This document shows, one piece after another, positions 30,418 through 40,986 of a stretch of DNA of 62,920 nt. This DNA is from an uncultured Clostridium sp. GTDB taxonomy: Bacteria > Bacillota > Clostridia > TANB77 > CAG-508. Every line of letters starts with the position of its first letter. Position 1 is the first letter of the stretch. The position numbers were made by a program, and so were the translations under genes. The notes below the pieces were generated by a model. The model was given only the letters and a program-made list of their open reading frames with translations. It had not been told where the DNA came from and made no database searches. The DNA lies in assembly GCA_930982035.1 (NCBI GenBank), contig CAKNJL010000005.1, forward strand, positions 1 to 62,920, given 5' to 3'.

Positions 30418-30948
30418 ATGAATTGTAATTGTGAATTTGATAAAGCTATAAAATGTTCTATAATATTTATTGTTAGTATAATTATATTAGCTATAATAGT
30501 TTTAATCATAGTTTTAAGCAATCCAAATGAACAAAAAGATATATTAACATCTATTGCTATAGAAGGAGATAATACACAACTAGGAACAGCAACAATAAAA
30601 TTTAGTCAAAATGATATTTTAATAGGAAATGCCCTAACACATGCAAAGGGAAGTGATACAATATCTATTAACGAAACAGGAATTTATCAAATATCATATC
30701 AGTTATTCGGAATAAAGGAAGGTGCGGGTTCATTTAATTTTAATGCAGTATTATTAGTTGATGATGTTCCAGTTGACAGTACATTTAATGATGGCCCAGT
30801 ACTAGAAGAACTAGTAAATAATAGAATTACTCTAACTAGTACAGTAATTTTAAGATTAAATTCTGGAAACACATTAAAATTAGCAGGAGTTTCAATAGAA
30901 GATATAGAATATCAAAAAGCAAGAATAGACATAGAAAAGATTGATTAA
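30418..30948 (+). CDS. BclA C-terminal-domain-like protein with N-terminal TM
   Basis: ISINETGIYQISYQ...VILRLNSGNTLKL...IDIEKI resembles the C1q/TNF-like BclA C-terminal domain. Confidence 0.55.
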   Translation: MNCNCEFDKAIKCSIIFIVSIIILAIIVLIIVLSNPNEQKDILTSIAIEGDNTQLGTATIKFSQNDILIGNALTHAKGSDTISINETGIYQISYQLFGIKEGAGSFNFNAVLLVDDVPVDSTFNDGPVLEELVNNRITLTSTVILRLNSGNTLKLAGVSIEDIEYQKARIDIEKID

Positions 30949-31059
30949 ATTCTCATTTTGGGGCCGAAAAAAATCATCGTTTTAATATTAAGATAAGAAA
31001 TAAGAATTTTTTTGTCCCTAAATTAGTATAAAAAATTTTTTAAAAATGTAAACGAAAGA

Positions 31060-31088
31060 TTGACTTTTATAATCATGTTTTATATAAT
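31060..31088 (+). promoter_or_regulatory. sigma-A promoter
   Basis: TTGACT-17 nt-TATAAT. Confidence 0.75.
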
Positions 31089-31179
31089 TAGCACAGAATA
31101 ACAAAAGTCAAGAAAGACTAAAAAGTGAATGTAAAACAAGAATGTTTTTCATTTATACAAAAGAAAAGGGGAGAGAAAT

Positions 31180-31905
31180 ATGAAAGAAAAAGAAGAAATA
31201 AAAGTAAGTTTAGGTACTGTAATAAGTATAATTATTATTTTTATACTTATAATAGCTTTAGGAATAGTGTATTATTTAGGATTTTTAAAAGAAGATGAAA
31301 GTGTTGTAGGAAGTGTAGAAAATCAAAATACTACAATTCAAACTTCAGCGCAAGATGAAAAAGTAGAAAATAATGTAAAAAATGAAAATATAACAGAAGA
31401 AACAACGAAAGAAAATGAAACAACAGAAAATCAATATCTAAATAATTTTTCAGAATCAGTTTCAGAAGAACTAGGAACAGCAAACAATATAAGGGTTGAA
31501 GATCCATTACAAGGAAGACTTGGAATTACATATGCATATGTTAATTCTAATTCAGAGGCATATATTGTGATGAACCAAAACAGTAATCTTTATAATAAAT
31601 ATGGAGAGGAATATAAGATTGCAGATGATGTTGCAAATATTTATATTTATCAATTAAATCAAAGTATAAATGAATATATATTCATATTAAAAAAAGATGG
31701 AACAGTAGAATATACTTATTTAGAATATGGATATAATGAAGATGACCTTACAGTACATAAAATAGATAAAGTTAAAGATATAACTAATATTATACAGATA
31801 TTTGGAAATGATGCAGAAGGAATAGGGGGAAATGGTGTATTATTTATAACATCAGATGGAAATTGTTTACCATATTTTAGAATCAATAGAGAAACAATAT
31901 ATTAA
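31180..31905 (+). CDS. membrane-anchored hypothetical protein
   Basis: N-terminal TM, low-complexity linker, globular C-terminal domain. Confidence 0.75.
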   Translation: MKEKEEIKVSLGTVISIIIIFILIIALGIVYYLGFLKEDESVVGSVENQNTTIQTSAQDEKVENNVKNENITEETTKENETTENQYLNNFSESVSEELGTANNIRVEDPLQGRLGITYAYVNSNSEAYIVMNQNSNLYNKYGEEYKIADDVANIYIYQLNQSINEYIFILKKDGTVEYTYLEYGYNEDDLTVHKIDKVKDITNIIQIFGNDAEGIGGNGVLFITSDGNCLPYFRINRETIY

Positions 31906-31908
31906 ATT

Positions 31909-31981
31909 AAAACGGAACGATAGGGACGTGCTAAATCGTACCAAAATGGAACGATTTGGCACGTCCCTATCGTTCCGTTTT
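31909..31981. repeat. REPIN-like doublet, family D
   Basis: 35-bp inverted repeat AAAACGGAACGATAGGGACGTGC(T/C)AAATCGT(A/T)CCA with two mismatches and a 3-nt loop. Confidence 0.9.
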
Positions 31982-32187
31982 TATATTATAGGAAATACAA
32001 TTTCCTATAATATAAAAACAAAATTGCACAGAAAAATCTTTACGCTTCTTTGAGAACTTAAATACATATAGTAAAGTTAGAAAATAGGGAAAAGTTCTCA
32101 CGAAGCGAGATTTGTCCAAATTTTTTGTATAAGTTGAAAAAATATGGAAATAATTAATACAGATACATAGGAAATAAGGAGGTACTG

Positions 32188-32517
32188 ATGGAAGATTTAG
32201 ATTCAAAAAATATGATAATTTTAAAAGATTTACCATCTAATATTGTGAAAGAGGCATATGTGGTTTTTAAATCAAATAAGATGATAAAGAAATTTCAAAA
32301 GATAAATAAAAACAATGAGAAAAAGAAAGAAGAGGAAGAAAGCAATCGATATGTTGTAAAAGAAGCAGAAATGTTAGTATTAGATTATATAGAAAAAGTA
32401 GAAAAGTCAGAAAAAGAAGTTATAACAAATTCTAAAATAAATAAAAAATTAAAAAAATATGCATATATAACTAGTATAATAATTTTTATACAATTAATTT
32501 TATTAATAATTAAATAG
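32188..32517 (+). CDS. hypothetical protein with C-terminal TM
   Basis: SD AAGGAGG; LKDLPSNIVKEAYVV...VVKEAEMLV. Confidence 0.7.
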   Translation: MEDLDSKNMIILKDLPSNIVKEAYVVFKSNKMIKKFQKINKNNEKKKEEEESNRYVVKEAEMLVLDYIEKVEKSEKEVITNSKINKKLKKYAYITSIIIFIQLILLIIK

Positions 32518-32706
32518 CTAATACTATAAAATTATTCAGCTATGTAACTTAAAGTGAAATTAAAAATCAAATATTAAAAAGAAATGTTATGAATTTTCTA
32601 GTAATATAATTCAGAGTGAAAAAATTAAATATTTTAATTTCAAATGAATAAAACATCTTTTCCAAACATATAGTTTAACAAGAAACTAAGGAAGAGGTGT
32701 TTTTTT

Positions 32707-33597
32707 ATGGAAAGAGCAATGACGGTAGAAGAAAGAATTAGACGAGCAGAAGAAATATATGAGCGAAGAAAAAGAAATGAAGGTCTAACAGTAGTTTCGG
32801 AAGAAAAAAAGAGTGAAAAGAAAGAAAAAAAGGATATAAAATTATTAAAAAAAATCGTAATTCAACTTATAATTTGCACATGCATATATTTAATAATTTA
32901 TACAATTCAAAATAATAAATATATATTTTCAGAAGATTTTGTAAATAAAGTAAATGAAATTATATCTCAGGATATTGATTTTGCAAAATTGTATGAAGAT
33001 ACTAAAAATTACATTATGAGTCTTTTTAATAAACAAGAAAGTCAAGAGGATAATCAAGAACAAAATACAAACACTGTAGAAGAAAATCAAAATAATAATG
33101 GTATTGGAGGAGCTGTAGAAGAGAATCAGCAAGCAGAAGAAACAAATCAAGAAACGCAGGAAAATCAAAATCTATCACAAGAAGAACAAGATATTATAAA
33201 TGTAAAAAATACAACAAGTTTTATAAAACCAGTAGAAGGGACGATAAGTTCAATCTATGGTTTTAGAGAGACCGCAACTGGAAGTGTGCCCAAAAATCAT
33301 ACAGGAGCAGATATAGCAGCACCTATGGGAACTAAGATAAAATCAGCTACAAATGGGCAAGTAGTTTTGGTTTCAGAAGAAGGGGATTATGGAAAACATT
33401 TAAAAATACAAATAGGAGAGGTAAGTATAATTTATGCACATTGTAATAACATATATGTTAAAGAGGGAGATCAAATAACACAAGGACAAGAAATAGCAGA
33501 AGTTGGTTCTACAGGTAATTCAACAGGCCCACATTTGCACTTTGAAATTAGGATATCAGAAAGGACGGTGGACCCTCAAAAAATTTTAGAATTATAA
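32707..33597 (+). CDS. M23 peptidase (SpoIVFA/SpoIIQ-like)
   Basis: TM plus HTGADI, IYAH and GNSTGPHLHFEI; lies upstream of an M50 peptidase. Confidence 0.85.
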   Translation: MERAMTVEERIRRAEEIYERRKRNEGLTVVSEEKKSEKKEKKDIKLLKKIVIQLIICTCIYLIIYTIQNNKYIFSEDFVNKVNEIISQDIDFAKLYEDTKNYIMSLFNKQESQEDNQEQNTNTVEENQNNNGIGGAVEENQQAEETNQETQENQNLSQEEQDIINVKNTTSFIKPVEGTISSIYGFRETATGSVPKNHTGADIAAPMGTKIKSATNGQVVLVSEEGDYGKHLKIQIGEVSIIYAHCNNIYVKEGDQITQGQEIAEVGSTGNSTGPHLHFEIRISERTVDPQKILEL

Positions 33598-33771
33598 GTT
33601 AATAGATTAAAACAAATTTATGGAAAGCCAAAGATAAAAGTTAAATTAATATAAATTATAAGGCTTTCAAATTTGTTATAGGTTTATAGGTGACATCCTC
33701 ATAAAAACCTAAATATTCTATGAAGGAGAGTATGATGTATTTAAGAATTTTAGATAATCATACAGGAAATA

Positions 33772-34467
33772 ATGAGATTTAGAATTGATTTAAAAATATT
33801 TATATTAATAATATTATTTCTTATAACTAATCAAATAAAAATATATGCTATGATAATGATATTTGCAATAATACACGAATTTGGTCATTTACTTGCAGGT
33901 TTAATAGTAGGAATGAAACCAGAAAAAATTGAAATAAGACCACTTGGTGTTTCAATTGAATTCAATATAAAAGAAAAGGATTATAATGTAAAAATAAAAA
34001 AGGGAAATCTTCTAGAAGTAAAAAAAATATTTGTAGCACTTGCAGGACCTTTAACTAATGCATTAATAATATGTATATTATCTATAGTTGATATTACAAA
34101 CATAAGTTACAATGATAAATTATTGATGATTTATTCTAACATATTATTAATAATATTCAATATATTTCCGATATATCCACTAGACGGTGGGAGAATATTA
34201 AAAGGTATAATATATCTCTTGAAAGGAAAGTATATAGCAGAAAAGTACATATATAATATTTCTTTTATAACATTAATAATACTAACAATATTTGCTAGCA
34301 TAATAATATTATATTTAAGAAATATTGCAATCTTTTTAGCAATAATGTTTTTATGGGGAATATTAATAAGAGAAAAAGTAATATATGAAAATAGGAAGAT
34401 TTTGTATAAAAATATAGATTGTGAACTAAAAAATCTAAAAAATCCTATTGAAAATAAATTGATTTAA
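33772..34467 (+). CDS. M50 site-2 protease (SpoIVFB-like)
   Basis: HEFGH, AGP, FNIFPIYPLDGGRI. Confidence 0.88.
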   Translation: MRFRIDLKIFILIILFLITNQIKIYAMIMIFAIIHEFGHLLAGLIVGMKPEKIEIRPLGVSIEFNIKEKDYNVKIKKGNLLEVKKIFVALAGPLTNALIICILSIVDITNISYNDKLLMIYSNILLIIFNIFPIYPLDGGRILKGIIYLLKGKYIAEKYIYNISFITLIILTIFASIIILYLRNIAIFLAIMFLWGILIREKVIYENRKILYKNIDCELKNLKNPIENKLI

Positions 34468-34504
34468 TAGTAAACTATACTAAAGAAGTTTTGGAGGTAT
34501 TCAA

Positions 34505-35929
34505 ATGATAAAAAATAATAGAGGAATTACAGTAATATCATTATCAATTGCTGTTATAATAATTTTGATTGTTACAGGAATGTTAGTTTATTCGGCAAAA
34601 GATAGTGTATATGTAAAAAACTTGACAAGTATGCAAAATGATATTTCAAATTTGAGGGATAAAATTTCATTATATTATTCACAATATGGTGCCTTGCCAG
34701 CAAGCACTCCATATACAAATACAAGCATGTTATCAAGATTTCCATTAGGAGCAAATGATGATTTAAATGGATTTTTGATTATAGATTTAAAAGCTTTAGA
34801 TGGTTTAACATTGAATTATGGTAAAGATTATGAAAAATATAAAGATAATAACAGTATTGACCAATCAGAATTAATGGATATATATGTAATAAATCAAAAG
34901 AGTCATAATATATTTTATGTACAAGGTGTAGGAGTTAATGAAAATGGAACAACAAAAATGTATTATACAGATTATACAGAAGGGGATAAAGAGGCAGTAA
35001 ATATAGTTGAAGTCGAAACAGGAGTAAGGCCAGGATTAGAAATAGGAGATTATGTGAATTATACTTATGACTCATCTAGTACATATAATTTATCACAAAA
35101 TACAAGTGGATATACTGATGGAGATGTAAAGATAACTCAAACACAAGGAATGAAGTGGAGAATATTAAATATTCATGAAGATGGAACAGTAGATTTAATA
35201 AGTGAAACTCCTACAGATAGTGGACCACATTTTGGTGGATATTTAGGATATAATAATGGAGTTCTAGTTATAAATCGTATATGCAATAAATTTTATAATA
35301 ATAGTGCTTTAGGAGTAGAAGCAAGAAATATAAATTTAGAAGATATAGAATACTGGTTAAGTGAAGAAGGAATAGAAGAAAGAGACTCTTTTATAAGTGG
35401 AGGCGGTTTGCAATACGGAAAGTCAGAAAAGATAAATGGAAATGTTTATCCAAGTTTATATGCTAAAGAAAATGGAAGTGGAATAGATACAGATACTGTA
35501 AAGAAGGATGGAATAGATACGAGCGAGAATGGATATGATAGTGCAACAAAAGAAGGAAGGGCAGAAGCAAGTCAAAGTTTAACTGTAACACAAACATATT
35601 ATAGTTTTGGTTCAACTACCCCAAAAGAAAACTTTGAAAATAGTGTGATATATGATATGATTTTTGGAACAGGACAAGAATATTGGATTGCTTCACGTTA
35701 TGTTAATAGAAGAAAACAGGAGGATACAGCTCTATTTGGAATTTATGAAGTGGTTAATTATGCCATAAGTGGACAGGATTTTACAGTTTCATCAGGTTTT
35801 AATTATATGGATAATTATCAGGAAGTTTATCTTCGTCCAGTGGTTTCTATAAGACCTGATATTGAAATTACAGCAGTAGAAAATGCAGATGGAACTAGCG
35901 AAGAAAACATGCATAAAATTGTTGAATAA
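34505..35929 (+). CDS. type IV pilin-like protein with large C-terminal domain
   Basis: Class III-like leader KNNRG|ITVISLSIAVIIILIVTG (no Glu at +5); 474 aa. Confidence 0.7.
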   Translation: MIKNNRGITVISLSIAVIIILIVTGMLVYSAKDSVYVKNLTSMQNDISNLRDKISLYYSQYGALPASTPYTNTSMLSRFPLGANDDLNGFLIIDLKALDGLTLNYGKDYEKYKDNNSIDQSELMDIYVINQKSHNIFYVQGVGVNENGTTKMYYTDYTEGDKEAVNIVEVETGVRPGLEIGDYVNYTYDSSSTYNLSQNTSGYTDGDVKITQTQGMKWRILNIHEDGTVDLISETPTDSGPHFGGYLGYNNGVLVINRICNKFYNNSALGVEARNINLEDIEYWLSEEGIEERDSFISGGGLQYGKSEKINGNVYPSLYAKENGSGIDTDTVKKDGIDTSENGYDSATKEGRAEASQSLTVTQTYYSFGSTTPKENFENSVIYDMIFGTGQEYWIASRYVNRRKQEDTALFGIYEVVNYAISGQDFTVSSGFNYMDNYQEVYLRPVVSIRPDIEITAVENADGTSEENMHKIVE

Positions 35930-36188
35930 AAATTATTATAAGACATTAACTATAATGTAGTCAGCCAGAATTTAATATAGTGATAAAAATTACCTCAATT
36001 TTATTTCAATTATATTGAATAAAATTGAGGTTTTCAAATGTATAGTGGAATTGTTGAAAGATATCAAAAAAATAGGTAAAACATCAAGTAAGAATTTACG
36101 GAGATAAGCTATTAAAGAAAAAAATAAAAAAATGTAACAATTTTGTAACATTTTAGCAATATTTTTGTAATTTTAGCACGAAATATCA

Positions 36189-36217
36189 TTGACATTTTAT
36201 GGATTTCGTTATATGAT
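36189..36217 (+). promoter_or_regulatory. sigma-A promoter of minD
   Basis: TTGACA-17 nt-TATGAT. Confidence 0.75.
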
Positions 36218-36262
36218 ATACACATCAAAAATATGTGTTTTTAAATCCTAAGGAGGAAAATT

Positions 36263-37057
36263 ATGGGAGAAGTAATTGTCATAACATCAGGGAAAGGTGG
36301 AGTAGGAAAAACAACTACAACAGCAAATCTAGGATCAAGTTTAGCATTAGAAGGGAAAAAAGTAGTACTAATAGATACAGATATAGGGCTACGTAATTTA
36401 GACGTTGTAATGGGACTAGAAAACAGAATAGTATATGATATAGTAGATGTTGTAGAAGAAAAATGTAAATTAAGACAAGCATTAATAAAAGATAAAAGAT
36501 TCAAAGAATTATACCTATTACCAGCAGCCCAAACAAGAGATAAAAGCGCAGTAAATGAAGAACAGATGAGAAACTTAGTAGGAAGATTAAAAGAAGAATT
36601 TGACTACATATTAATAGATTGTCCAGCAGGAATAGAGCAAGGATTCAAAAATGCAATTGCTGGAGCAGACAGAGCAATAGTAGTTACAACAGCAGAGATA
36701 TCAGCAATAAGAGATGCAGATAGGATTATAGGACTTTTAGAATCATCAGACATAAAAAATCCGGAATTAGTCATAAATAGAATAAGACCAAACATGGTAA
36801 GAAAAGGTGAAATGATGGATGTTGATGATATTGTAGATTTATTATCAATAGATTTAATAGGTGTTGTACCAGATGATGAGCATATAATTACACAAACAAA
36901 TAAGGGAGAACCTGTAATTCAAAATAGAAGGGCACCATCAGGAAAAGCATATATCGAAATAGCAAAAAGAGTTTTAGGAGAAAAAATAGAGGTAACAATA
37001 CCAGGAAGAGAAAAAGGTTTTTTCGCAAGATTAAAAAGACTTTTTAGAAAATCATAA
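36263..37057 (+). CDS. minD: septum site-determining ATPase MinD
   Basis: SGKGGVGKTT, DIGLRNLD, IDCPAGIE, C-terminal amphipathic helix. Confidence 0.97.
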   Translation: MGEVIVITSGKGGVGKTTTTANLGSSLALEGKKVVLIDTDIGLRNLDVVMGLENRIVYDIVDVVEEKCKLRQALIKDKRFKELYLLPAAQTRDKSAVNEEQMRNLVGRLKEEFDYILIDCPAGIEQGFKNAIAGADRAIVVTTAEISAIRDADRIIGLLESSDIKNPELVINRIRPNMVRKGEMMDVDDIVDLLSIDLIGVVPDDEHIITQTNKGEPVIQNRRAPSGKAYIEIAKRVLGEKIEVTIPGREKGFFARLKRLFRKS

Positions 37058-37086
37058 TAAAACAAAAGTTGGAGGGAAATTTAATA

Positions 37087-37812
37087 ATGTTTGAAGGCAT
37101 AATGAAATTCTTTAATAAATTAAGAAAAAAAGAAGAAAAACTAGCGTCAAATTCAAAAGATACTGCGAAAGAAAGATTACATTTAGTTCTTATGCAAGAT
37201 AGAGCAAATGTTTCAGCAGACTTTTTAGAATTAATGAAACAAGAAATAATAGAAGTAATAAAAAAATATATAGATATAGATGAAGGAGCAATAGATGTAA
37301 GGCTAACAAATAAAGAAAATGAAGATGGTACAAATGGGGCTCCAGCTTTATATGCGAATATACCAATTTTAAATATAAAAAATGATGCAAGAAAAATAGA
37401 AAAAACAAAGGAAACAGACAACAAAAGTGAAGATAAAAAAGACGAAAATCAAGAGAAAGAAAACAAAAATAATCCAGAGCAAAAAAATGAAAATAGTAAA
37501 GAACAAACAAGTGAAAAGCATAATGTAGAAGAACAAGAAACTGAAATAGAAAACAAAGAAATTTCAAACGAAAATGTAGCAGATGATGTTTCAGAAAAAA
37601 ATCAAGAAAAACCAAAAGATAATGGAAATGAAGAAGAAAAAATAAATAGCAATGACAAAAATACTGAAAAAAAAGATTCAAATAAAGAAAATAAAAGTGA
37701 AAAAGAAAATCAAAACTCTAATAAAGAAAGTAAAAATGATTATAAAAAGCAAAAAACAAATGAACAATATAAAAAAGAATACAAAAGTAAAAATAAAAAG
37801 TATAACAAATAG
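37087..37812 (+). CDS. minE: cell division topological specificity factor MinE with long low-complexity tail
   Basis: SKDTAKERLHLVLMQDR...EIIEVIKKY...LYANIPI; directly follows minD. Confidence 0.9.
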   Translation: MFEGIMKFFNKLRKKEEKLASNSKDTAKERLHLVLMQDRANVSADFLELMKQEIIEVIKKYIDIDEGAIDVRLTNKENEDGTNGAPALYANIPILNIKNDARKIEKTKETDNKSEDKKDENQEKENKNNPEQKNENSKEQTSEKHNVEEQETEIENKEISNENVADDVSEKNQEKPKDNGNEEEKINSNDKNTEKKDSNKENKSEKENQNSNKESKNDYKKQKTNEQYKKEYKSKNKKYNK

Positions 37813-37954
37813 CTAGAAAATAAATACTATTTGTAAAACATATCAATTAAAAGACAAACTAAAAATAATATAGCTAATAAGATTTAAAAATTGCAGAAAA
37901 ATAGGAACTAAAGAAAAATTAAATCAAAAAAAATAATAGAAAAAGAGTGATTTA

Positions 37955-39061
37955 ATGAGAAAAAGAGAATTAAAAAATATGGAGTGGGGAATTTTAATTA
38001 CTGCAATTATTCTATGTATAATAGGAATAGTTGCATTATTTTCTGCCACGCAAGAAACTGAATATGATGAATTTACAAAGCAAATAATATGGTTTGTAGT
38101 TAGTTTAATAGCTATGGTAATAGTAATGTTTATAGACTATAATTTATTATTAAAAGCATCACCAGTATTATATGGCATATTTATAATATTATTAATAGGA
38201 GTATTGTTTACATCTCCAATTAATGGAGCCACAAGCTGGTTTAATATAGGAGCATTTTCATTTCAACCTGGTGAATTTGCAAAAGTATTTGTAATTCTAT
38301 TTTTAGCATATACAATTTTAAAAATACAACATAAAGGGCAGGATGAAATAAATAGAATAAGTAGATTACCTATAGCATTGGCAGTAGTAGGTGTGCCAAT
38401 TCTATTAATAGTAATGCAACCTGACTATGGAACAGCTTTAGCATTTATAGTAGCTATGGCTTTGATGTTATTTTCAGCAGGATTAGATAAAAAATATATT
38501 ATAGGAACCATTTTATTAATTGTAATTGCTGTTCCATTATTATATAACTTTGTCTTACCAGAACATGCAAAGCAAAGGATAGATGTATTTTTAAACCCAG
38601 AATCAGACCCTAGAGGATCAGGATATAATATAATTCAATCAAAAATAGCAATAGGTTCAGGTGGACTAACAGGAATGGGACTATTAAAAGGAAACCAAAC
38701 ACAACTAGGATTCTTATATCCTAAAACAACAGACTTTATATATTCTGTTATTGGAGAAGAAATGGGATTTATAGTAGCAGGAGCAATAATACTATTATAT
38801 GTATATTTAATAACTAAATGTATATATATTGCTAAAACTGCTAAAGATAGAGCAGGCTCATTGATAGCCATTGGAATAACAGGAATATTTTTATTCCATG
38901 TATTAGAAAATATAGGTATGGTTATGGGGCTATTACCAATAACAGGTGTACCATTACCATTCATAAGTTATGGAGGAAGTTCTCTAATTACAAACTTTAT
39001 ATGTATAGGACTTTTGTTAAATATAAGTGGAAAAAGAAAGAAAACAATATTTGTACAATAA
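37955..39061 (+). CDS. rodA: rod shape-determining protein RodA (SEDS family)
   Basis: FQPGEFAK, QPDYGTA, TDFIYSVIGEE, PITGVPLPFISYGGSS. Confidence 0.92.
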   Translation: MRKRELKNMEWGILITAIILCIIGIVALFSATQETEYDEFTKQIIWFVVSLIAMVIVMFIDYNLLLKASPVLYGIFIILLIGVLFTSPINGATSWFNIGAFSFQPGEFAKVFVILFLAYTILKIQHKGQDEINRISRLPIALAVVGVPILLIVMQPDYGTALAFIVAMALMLFSAGLDKKYIIGTILLIVIAVPLLYNFVLPEHAKQRIDVFLNPESDPRGSGYNIIQSKIAIGSGGLTGMGLLKGNQTQLGFLYPKTTDFIYSVIGEEMGFIVAGAIILLYVYLITKCIYIAKTAKDRAGSLIAIGITGIFLFHVLENIGMVMGLLPITGVPLPFISYGGSSLITNFICIGLLLNISGKRKKTIFVQ

Positions 39062-39085
39062 ACAAAACGACAAACCGACAAACCG

Positions 39086-39219
39086 ACAAAACGGGCCAGG
39101 TCATAAAATGTATTTTTGTTTCGACAAAATATGACAAATTTTATAGTTATAAATATATAAAATCAATATTTTTTGATTTACTTATTAAAAATACATTTTA
39201 TGACCTGGCCCACATTGTC
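39086..39219. repeat. REPIN-like doublet, family E
   Basis: 25-bp perfect inverted repeat GGGCCAGGTCATAAAATGTATTTTT (39093-39117 and 39187-39211); preceded by three CGACAAA(C/A) units. Confidence 0.9.
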
Positions 39220-39235
39220 TTTTAAAGGAGAAAAA

Positions 39236-40210
39236 ATGAATTATATAAAAAAACTAAAAATAGGAAATGTGGAATTACCTAATAATCTAATATTAGCGCC
39301 AATGGCTGGTGTAACAAACAGACCTTTTAGAATAATATGTAAAAAATATGGTGCAGGTATGGTATGTACAGAAATGGCTAGTTCTAGAGCAATGTTTCAT
39401 AATGATTTAAAAACTAAAAGATTGTTAAATACAGAAGGGGAAGAAAGACCAATAAGTATGCAAATATTTGGTAGTGATGAAGAATCTATGATGTATGCTA
39501 CAGAACAAATCAGTAAAATAGCTGATATAGTTGATATAAATATGGGATGCCCTGCACCAAAAGTTGTAAAAAATGGAGATGGAAGTAAACTGTTATTAGA
39601 TTTAGAAAAAGCAGAAAAAATTTTAATAGCAGTTGTAAATAAATCAACAGTTCCAGTTACATTAAAAATAAGAAAAGGTTGGGATAAAGAAAATATAGTA
39701 GCAGTTGAAATTGCTAAAATAGCAGAAAGAGTAGGAATATCTGCAATAACTGTACATGGGAGAACAAGAAGTGAATTCTACACAGGAAAAGCAGATTGGG
39801 ATATTATAAAAAAAGTAAAAGAAAATGTCAAAATTCCTGTAATAGGAAATGGAGATGTAATAGATGGAGAAACAGCAAAAAGAATGTTTGAATACACTGG
39901 CGTAGATGGAATTATGATAGGGAGAGGTTCTTTTGGAAAACCATGGATATTTAAAGAAATAATGGAATACTTAGAAAATGGTAAAAAAATAGAAGAACCT
40001 ACTAATCAAGAAAAATTAGAAGTAATAAAACAGCATATAGATTTAGCAGTTGAAGAAAAGGGCGAAATAGCAGTAAAAGAATTAAGAAAACATATAGCTT
40101 GGTATACAAAAAACTTAAAAAACTCAAGTGAATTTAGAAACTCTATCAATCAGATAGAAACAAAAGAAGAATTGGTAAATAAGTTAGATGAATATTTTAA
40201 AAGTCTCTAG
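39236..40210 (+). CDS. dusB: tRNA-dihydrouridine synthase B
   Basis: LAPMAGVT, DINMGCP, VHGRT, IGNGDV; SD AAAGGAG before ATG 39236. Confidence 0.95.
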   Translation: MNYIKKLKIGNVELPNNLILAPMAGVTNRPFRIICKKYGAGMVCTEMASSRAMFHNDLKTKRLLNTEGEERPISMQIFGSDEESMMYATEQISKIADIVDINMGCPAPKVVKNGDGSKLLLDLEKAEKILIAVVNKSTVPVTLKIRKGWDKENIVAVEIAKIAERVGISAITVHGRTRSEFYTGKADWDIIKKVKENVKIPVIGNGDVIDGETAKRMFEYTGVDGIMIGRGSFGKPWIFKEIMEYLENGKKIEEPTNQEKLEVIKQHIDLAVEEKGEIAVKELRKHIAWYTKNLKNSSEFRNSINQIETKEELVNKLDEYFKSL

Positions 40211-40315
40211 AATAAAATTTAGCAAGAAATTATTTTTACATTATAAAAATTCTATTTTGATAATGTAAAATAAATAAATTTCTTGCTACTTTTTTATCGG
40301 AAATAGGAGGCTTTT

Positions 40316-40921
40316 TTGAGTAAATTATTAAGAAAAATAATAATAGTTATTATTATAATTATAATTTGTATTTGCATATTTTTTTATATAAATAAGAGTA
40401 AAAAAATTAAAATTGGAAATAATAGTACTAGTCAAGAAATAATTGATAATATTTTAAATATTAGTTCATATGAAGCAGTAATAGAAGTAGAAGTTAATAG
40501 TAATAAAAATACTAATAAATATACTATTAAGCAGAAATACATATCTCCAGATATATCAGAACAAGAAATACTAGAACCAGAAAATATTCAAGGAGTAAAA
40601 ATTACCAAAAAAGATAATGAACTAAAAGTTGAAAATAGTAGGATAAATATATCAAAAATATATAATAATTATGAATATATGACAGATAATTGCCTAGATT
40701 TAAATACATTTATAGAAAATTACAAATTAAATGAAAAAGAAATATATGAAGAAAAAAACGATGAAATAATATTAAATGTTGAAAATAAAAATAATAAGTA
40801 TAAAAGATATCAAACATTATATATAGATAAAAAAACAGGTAAACCTACTAAAATGGAAATAAAAGATAATAGCAAAAACACATCAGTTTACATATTATAT
40901 AGAGAAGTAAAGTTAAAATAG
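40316..40921 (+). CDS. GerS/LolA-like lipoprotein-carrier-fold protein
   Basis: N-terminal anchor; SYEAVIEVEVNSNKNTNKY...EPENIQG...IDKKTGKP; position upstream of mazF as in other Clostridia. Confidence 0.6.
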   Translation: MSKLLRKIIIVIIIIIICICIFFYINKSKKIKIGNNSTSQEIIDNILNISSYEAVIEVEVNSNKNTNKYTIKQKYISPDISEQEILEPENIQGVKITKKDNELKVENSRINISKIYNNYEYMTDNCLDLNTFIENYKLNEKEIYEEKNDEIILNVENKNNKYKRYQTLYIDKKTGKPTKMEIKDNSKNTSVYILYREVKLK

Positions 40922-40986
40922 ACAAAACTTTACTATGACTAATATTTAAAATAAAACACATACTTGATAATATAACAGTATTAGGA

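Noticed and set aside
34505..35929. Diversity-generating retroelement target
   Set aside because: I saw no reverse transcriptase and no template repeat differing at adenines in the window.
39173..39235. N-terminal extensions in the ORF track for dusB, the ABC ATPase (25980), the SplB-like gene (24813) and ORF 49400
   Set aside because: They run through repeats or lack an SD; downstream ATGs have clear SDs.
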